From the NCBI GenBank assembly GCA_035905815.1, contig JAMIGE010000022.1, positions 18,360 to 82,359 on the forward strand: a stretch of DNA of 64,000 bases, read 5' to 3'. Positions 60,606-64,000 of the stretch are shown here, piece by piece. This stretch comes from Minisyncoccota bacterium (GTDB lineage Bacteria > Patescibacteriota > Minisyncoccia > Phycocordibacterales > UBA5272). The position numbers were made by a program, and so were the translations under genes. The number at the start of each line of letters is the position of its first letter. The first letter of the stretch is position 1. The notes below the pieces were generated by a model. It was not told the origin of the DNA and searched no databases. It was given only the letters and a program-made list of their open reading frames with translations.

Positions 60606-61137
60606 GATTTGACCTTTCGTTAAGTTTGAACACTAAATCTTTTAAACTTTCGCTATCTATCGGATTTGGAGTGGCCTTTGTCCCGCCGATACAAATATCA
60701 GACGACAGAACTAGATTGCTCATCAGGTAGTCATCATCAGCTCGATCACGCGGCAAAGTGTGATCGATAAATGGAACAACCAGAGCGCGGCCAACAAAAG
60801 GTGAGCGATCTAAAAACATATTGAAGTCTAATACCTCAGCAGTATTGAGACCTCGCACCTCTGGCTCTCTCACTGGCAGCACTATGCGGCCGCCAAGCTC
60901 CATACTTACGCAACTGCCGACACTACCGAGAGATCCAAAATAGTGCTTGAACAGATAATCGTCTGTAGGCGCACCTCTGTCTAGGCATAGTAGAGGCTCT
61001 ATTCCACTCTTCATTGTGTAATATGGATATATTAGCCAATCACCCAGACCATCTTCGCTCAGCGCTGCCTTGGCAGTACTACCATTTAGCAAGCTCTGTA
61101 CCGCGATGTGTATGAGCTTATGTTTAAATGTTTTCAC
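60517..61137 (-). CDS. Hypothetical protein (cassette O gene 1)
   Basis: AAGGAG SD before GTG; TTGACA-17-TAGTAT promoter at 61166-61194. Confidence 0.7.
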   Translation of the reverse strand: MKTFKHKLIHIAVQSLLNGSTAKAALSEDGLGDWLIYPYYTMKSGIEPLLCLDRGAPTDDYLFKHYFGSLGSVGSCVSMELGGRIVLPVREPEVRGLNTAEVLDFNMFLDRSPFVGRALVVPFIDHTLPRDRADDDYLMSNLVLSSDICIGGTKATPNPIDSESLKDLVFKLNERSNHGLEKKRQRNPSGQVGRNARKSKRRGGKR

Positions 61138-61200
61138 TATATCTCCTTAAAAAGCGACTCGCTACATACTATAATACTTATTGTCTTATGTCAATATGCC

Positions 61201-61223
61201 TTTCGATAATTGCCTAATGCATA
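61201..61223. repeat. Left copy of a 23-bp imperfect direct repeat flanking cassette P
   Basis: tttcgataattgcctaatgcata vs ttttgataattaccaaatgcata at 62472-62494 (20/23 identical). Confidence 0.6.
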
Positions 61224-61250
61224 AAAAAACGCCACTCGTATGAGTGGCGC
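61224..61250 (-). terminator. Intrinsic terminator of cassette P
   Basis: cgccactc-gtat-gagtggcg with A7 tract. Confidence 0.8.
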
Positions 61251-61263
61251 TAGCTAGTTACGT

Positions 61264-62394
61264 TTAGTTAATTACAGCTTTTGCTTTCTCTGCTCTTGCG
61301 ATGTAACACGCTGAGAAGATTTTGTGCAAATACTCTTCTGCTTTCCTAATACCGTGGGCATGTATATATGTGCAGGACTTGGTCACATCCTCATCGGCAA
61401 ACAGAGAAAGTATGTCTACTTTGATATCGCTATCGACACCAGAGAAATCAACATTAATTACACTATGGCGCCAACCAATTTTGAGCTTCCCGTACTCTGT
61501 CTCTACCAAATACCAAGGAGGCACAAAGTCTTCTTCTTCAGAAGTGTATTCATTTGGAACTTTATTCATGATGTGAAGCTCGAGACCTTGGAACAGCTTT
61601 GCGAATTCCAAATACTGTCTATCTTCTATCACTTCACGATAGCAATTCGGATGATAGTAGCGGGTCACCGTAAACTCCAGGCGATCACTACTACTTAATG
61701 GAGTATCCCAGGGGAGCTCGTTGCGTTCATCATTTGGAAAATCGCTAAGGTGCATATACCCATGGTCATTCTTAACCCTTCTAGAAGGAGGCTTGCCAGG
61801 GCCTCTATCATGCGGATCAGGAGTCCTGTCTACATGTTCGGGATTCCTTATCTTGACACTACCTTTCCACATTCTTCCAAATTTAGGGTCAAGGTTATTC
61901 TCTTCCATTAGCATGAGATATGACTTTCCATAATGCGGCTTGCACAGCAGAACCCTTTCCTCTTGCACGCTTACAGAATTATAGCAATCAGCGATTGTCC
62001 AGCGTTTGCAACAAAGGCCACAGACATCATTCACCTCAGGCAACAAATTGTGCATTGAGTGCGATATAGAGATGTAAACATCATCTTTAGGAAAATTCGC
62101 CTTTACATAATCCCAAAACTCATCTTTGGTGAGTACGTCTGGGATATTAGGTAGCTTATCCTTTGGCACCCAATCTTCAATCCTATCACAATTACCACAA
62201 CGATCAAGTAGGTATCGACCCAGAACAATAAATTCAGCAAGTTGCTCTTTGTTCGCGTAGCCCATATGATTACGCGCTGCGAATAAAGCATTCAGTCCTT
62301 CAAGCGTTTCGCAAGATGCTGAGATGCCATCTTTGGTATTATATAAGGCATGGCGAATTTCTTTTGGCTCTGTGCCTGGCTTACGAGTATTCAT
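61264..62394 (-). CDS. Hypothetical protein with Cys/His clusters (cassette P)
   Basis: AGGGAAG SD before MNTRK; TAGACA-17-TAATGT promoter at 62441-62469; C..C, HPNC, PW..V.T..G...IGWR..VI motif. Confidence 0.8.
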   Translation of the reverse strand: MNTRKPGTEPKEIRHALYNTKDGISASCETLEGLNALFAARNHMGYANKEQLAEFIVLGRYLLDRCGNCDRIEDWVPKDKLPNIPDVLTKDEFWDYVKANFPKDDVYISISHSMHNLLPEVNDVCGLCCKRWTIADCYNSVSVQEERVLLCKPHYGKSYLMLMEENNLDPKFGRMWKGSVKIRNPEHVDRTPDPHDRGPGKPPSRRVKNDHGYMHLSDFPNDERNELPWDTPLSSSDRLEFTVTRYYHPNCYREVIEDRQYLEFAKLFQGLELHIMNKVPNEYTSEEEDFVPPWYLVETEYGKLKIGWRHSVINVDFSGVDSDIKVDILSLFADEDVTKSCTYIHAHGIRKAEEYLHKIFSACYIARAEKAKAVIN

Positions 62395-62471
62395 AACTTC
62401 CCTTTCGGTGTTAGCATTATTAAAAGTACTACTATCCACCACATTAACATAATCAGGATCTATTGTCTACA

Positions 62472-62494
62472 TTTTGATAATTACCAAATGCATA
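62472..62494. repeat. Right copy of the 23-bp direct repeat flanking cassette P
   Basis: See 61201-61223. Confidence 0.6.
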
Positions 62495-62517
62495 TCCTAT
62501 CATATATAATTGTTTGT

Positions 62518-62560
62518 CAGTAAGAAAAGGCGGCAGCTACGCTGCCGCCTTTTCTTACTG
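62518..62560 (-). terminator. ileS terminator
   Basis: 20-bp perfect stem cagtaagaaaaggcggcagc/gctgccgccttttcttactg. Confidence 0.85.
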
Positions 62561-62562
62561 CT

Positions 62563-64000
62563 CTACAACGCCTTTTCTATACGGAGGACGTCATCAATGT
62601 TCACCTCTTGTATTTTCATATCTAGCTTGTATTGGTCATCTAACAGATCAGCTCTACCTGCATCAATGAATAGAATTACTTCATCTGTAGCTACTAGCCC
62701 CATCTCTTTGCGCTTGTCTTTTATCTCGCGACTTAGTTCGCGCTGTTTGCCTTCTCTTATTAGTTCTGGATTTAAAATCATATCAAGTTCGCAAATCTCT
62801 TTAGATTCATCCACTTTTATTTCTTTTACATTCACCTCATCTGCAATGATGTCAAAATACTTTTGACTAATACTTTTATTTATAGTTGCTGAAAGTAATG
62901 GCTGACGCACAGGTAGATTATTCTTCTGCCTTATCATGAGCAGTGACGTAACCACCTCACGAACTATACGCATGTCATCGATAGCAGCATTATCTACTTC
63001 CTTAGATAATGGATAGCTTTGCAGATGGACACTATTGCCACCCTCCACAACCTCCTGATATATTTGCTCGGCTAGGAATGGCATTGCAGGGGCTATTACT
63101 TTTGCAAACTCTACGAGCACATGCCCAATGGTTTGCAAAGCTTCTGCATCCAAATCTTTTAGCCTATCACGGCTACGTCTTAAATACCAAGTTGATAAGT
63201 CATCTACGAATTGACTGACCCCTGATACTGCAATATCTAACTCATAATTATTATATCCCTTTATGCTAGAGTTAATGACTTCATTTAGTCTGCTTAAAAT
63301 CCAAATATCTATTACATTTGTAGAGTTTGCATTTGCCTCTTTATCGTATTTTGCCGACCTATACATTAGGTAAAAGCCTAATACATTTTCCATTCTCTGA
63401 ACATTTTTCTTATACACCTCTTCTACTACTTCATCCCCAAAGGCTACTGACTCGCCGCGCATTACTGGGCTATTCATGAGTGCAAATCTAATTGCATCAG
63501 CACCGAACTTTTCGACTAATAGCATAGGGTCAGTATAATTCTTAAGACTCTTACTCATTTTTTGCCCATCACCTGCTAGCACTATTCCATTTACTATTAC
63601 ATTTTTAAAAGGCGCTTTATCCAGCAGCCCCACACCTAAATTAATTAAAGAGTAAAACCATCCACGTGTCTGGTCCATCCCTTCGGCAATAAAGTCTGCT
63701 GGGAAGTTGTTGTCGAATATATTTTTATTTTCAAATGGATAATGCAGCTCTGCATAAGGCATAGACCCTGACTCGAACCAGCAATCGAACACATCACCAA
63801 TTATATGCATATCACCACCTTTGCTATCCGATAGTACAATTTTGTCTATATATGGCTTGTGAAGGTTAAGCATATGTGACTCATCCCTTGGCAGCTTACC
63901 AGAAGGCAATTCTATGTATTCTGCATTTTTTAAATTAACATTGTATAGCGCGTTCTGGCGTAGCAATTCTCTAGCTGGGGCCATGTGAGTAATTATTAAG
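62563..64000 (-). CDS. ileS: Isoleucine--tRNA ligase, type 2 (3' part; start beyond window)
   Basis: DCWFESGSMP, FIAEG.DQTRGWFY, KMSKS, WYLRRSR. Confidence 0.95.
   Translation of the reverse strand, partial: LIITHMAPARELLRQNALYNVNLKNAEYIELPSGKLPRDESHMLNLHKPYIDKIVLSDSKGGDMHIIGDVFDCWFESGSMPYAELHYPFENKNIFDNNFPADFIAEGMDQTRGWFYSLINLGVGLLDKAPFKNVIVNGIVLAGDGQKMSKSLKNYTDPMLLVEKFGADAIRFALMNSPVMRGESVAFGDEVVEEVYKKNVQRMENVLGFYLMYRSAKYDKEANANSTNVIDIWILSRLNEVINSSIKGYNNYELDIAVSGVSQFVDDLSTWYLRRSRDRLKDLDAEALQTIGHVLVEFAKVIAPAMPFLAEQIYQEVVEGGNSVHLQSYPLSKEVDNAAIDDMRIVREVVTSLLMIRQKNNLPVRQPLLSATINKSISQKYFDIIADEVNVKEIKVDESKEICELDMILNPELIREGKQRELSREIKDKRKEMGLVATDEVILFIDAGRADLLDDQYKLDMKIQEVNIDDVLRIEKAL

Noticed and set aside
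5744-62494. Cassettes as integron gene cassettes or a prophage
   Set aside because: No attC-type RYYYAAC...GTTRRRY sites with extrahelical bases, the cassettes carry their own promoters, and there are no phage structural genes; units are interleaved with essential genes
1-64000. CRISPR array, tRNA, rRNA, tmRNA, integrase, transposase or reverse transcriptase
   Set aside because: No regularly spaced repeats, no cloverleaf with GTTCGA T-loop in intergenic DNA, and no ORF with the corresponding catalytic motifs was recognised
1-64000. Alternative genetic code (UGA=Gly, code 25)
   Set aside because: All conserved genes translate full-length under code 11, and TGA terminates genes at 7575 and 20638

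Overview
Chromosomal window from a streamlined, AT-rich bacterium. It most likely belongs to the Patescibacteria/CPR (Parcubacteria-like): rpmD is missing between rpsE and rplO, PheS/ProS/MetG are short, PyrH is archaeal-type and many mRNAs look leaderless. The backbone holds atpBEFH, pheS, rnhB, a PilB/GspE ATPase, dnaE, clpB, efp, uvrA, secY plus part of the spc operon, proS, infC-rpmI-rplT, rpsF-ssb-rpsR, metG, mnmA and ileS. Scattered one by one between these genes are about 15 self-contained 1-2-gene 'expression cassettes'. They are visibly more GC-rich and share one architecture: -35/-10 promoter with mostly 17-bp spacing, usually a short hairpin and a boxA-like motif, a strong Shine-Dalgarno, the ORF, and an intrinsic terminator. 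The backbone genes, in contrast, are mostly SD-less or leaderless. The cassettes encode lipoproteins, secreted proteins and nucleotide/cofactor enzymes. One cassette appears to encode a ~650-nt highly structured non-coding RNA (about 6885-7545, minus strand). There is also a low-GC four-gene island with a CdsA-like and a UbiA-family enzyme, and several smaller structured-RNA candidates. No CRISPR array, tRNA, rRNA, integrase or transposase was recognised. All calls are by eye; no searches or folding programs were run.
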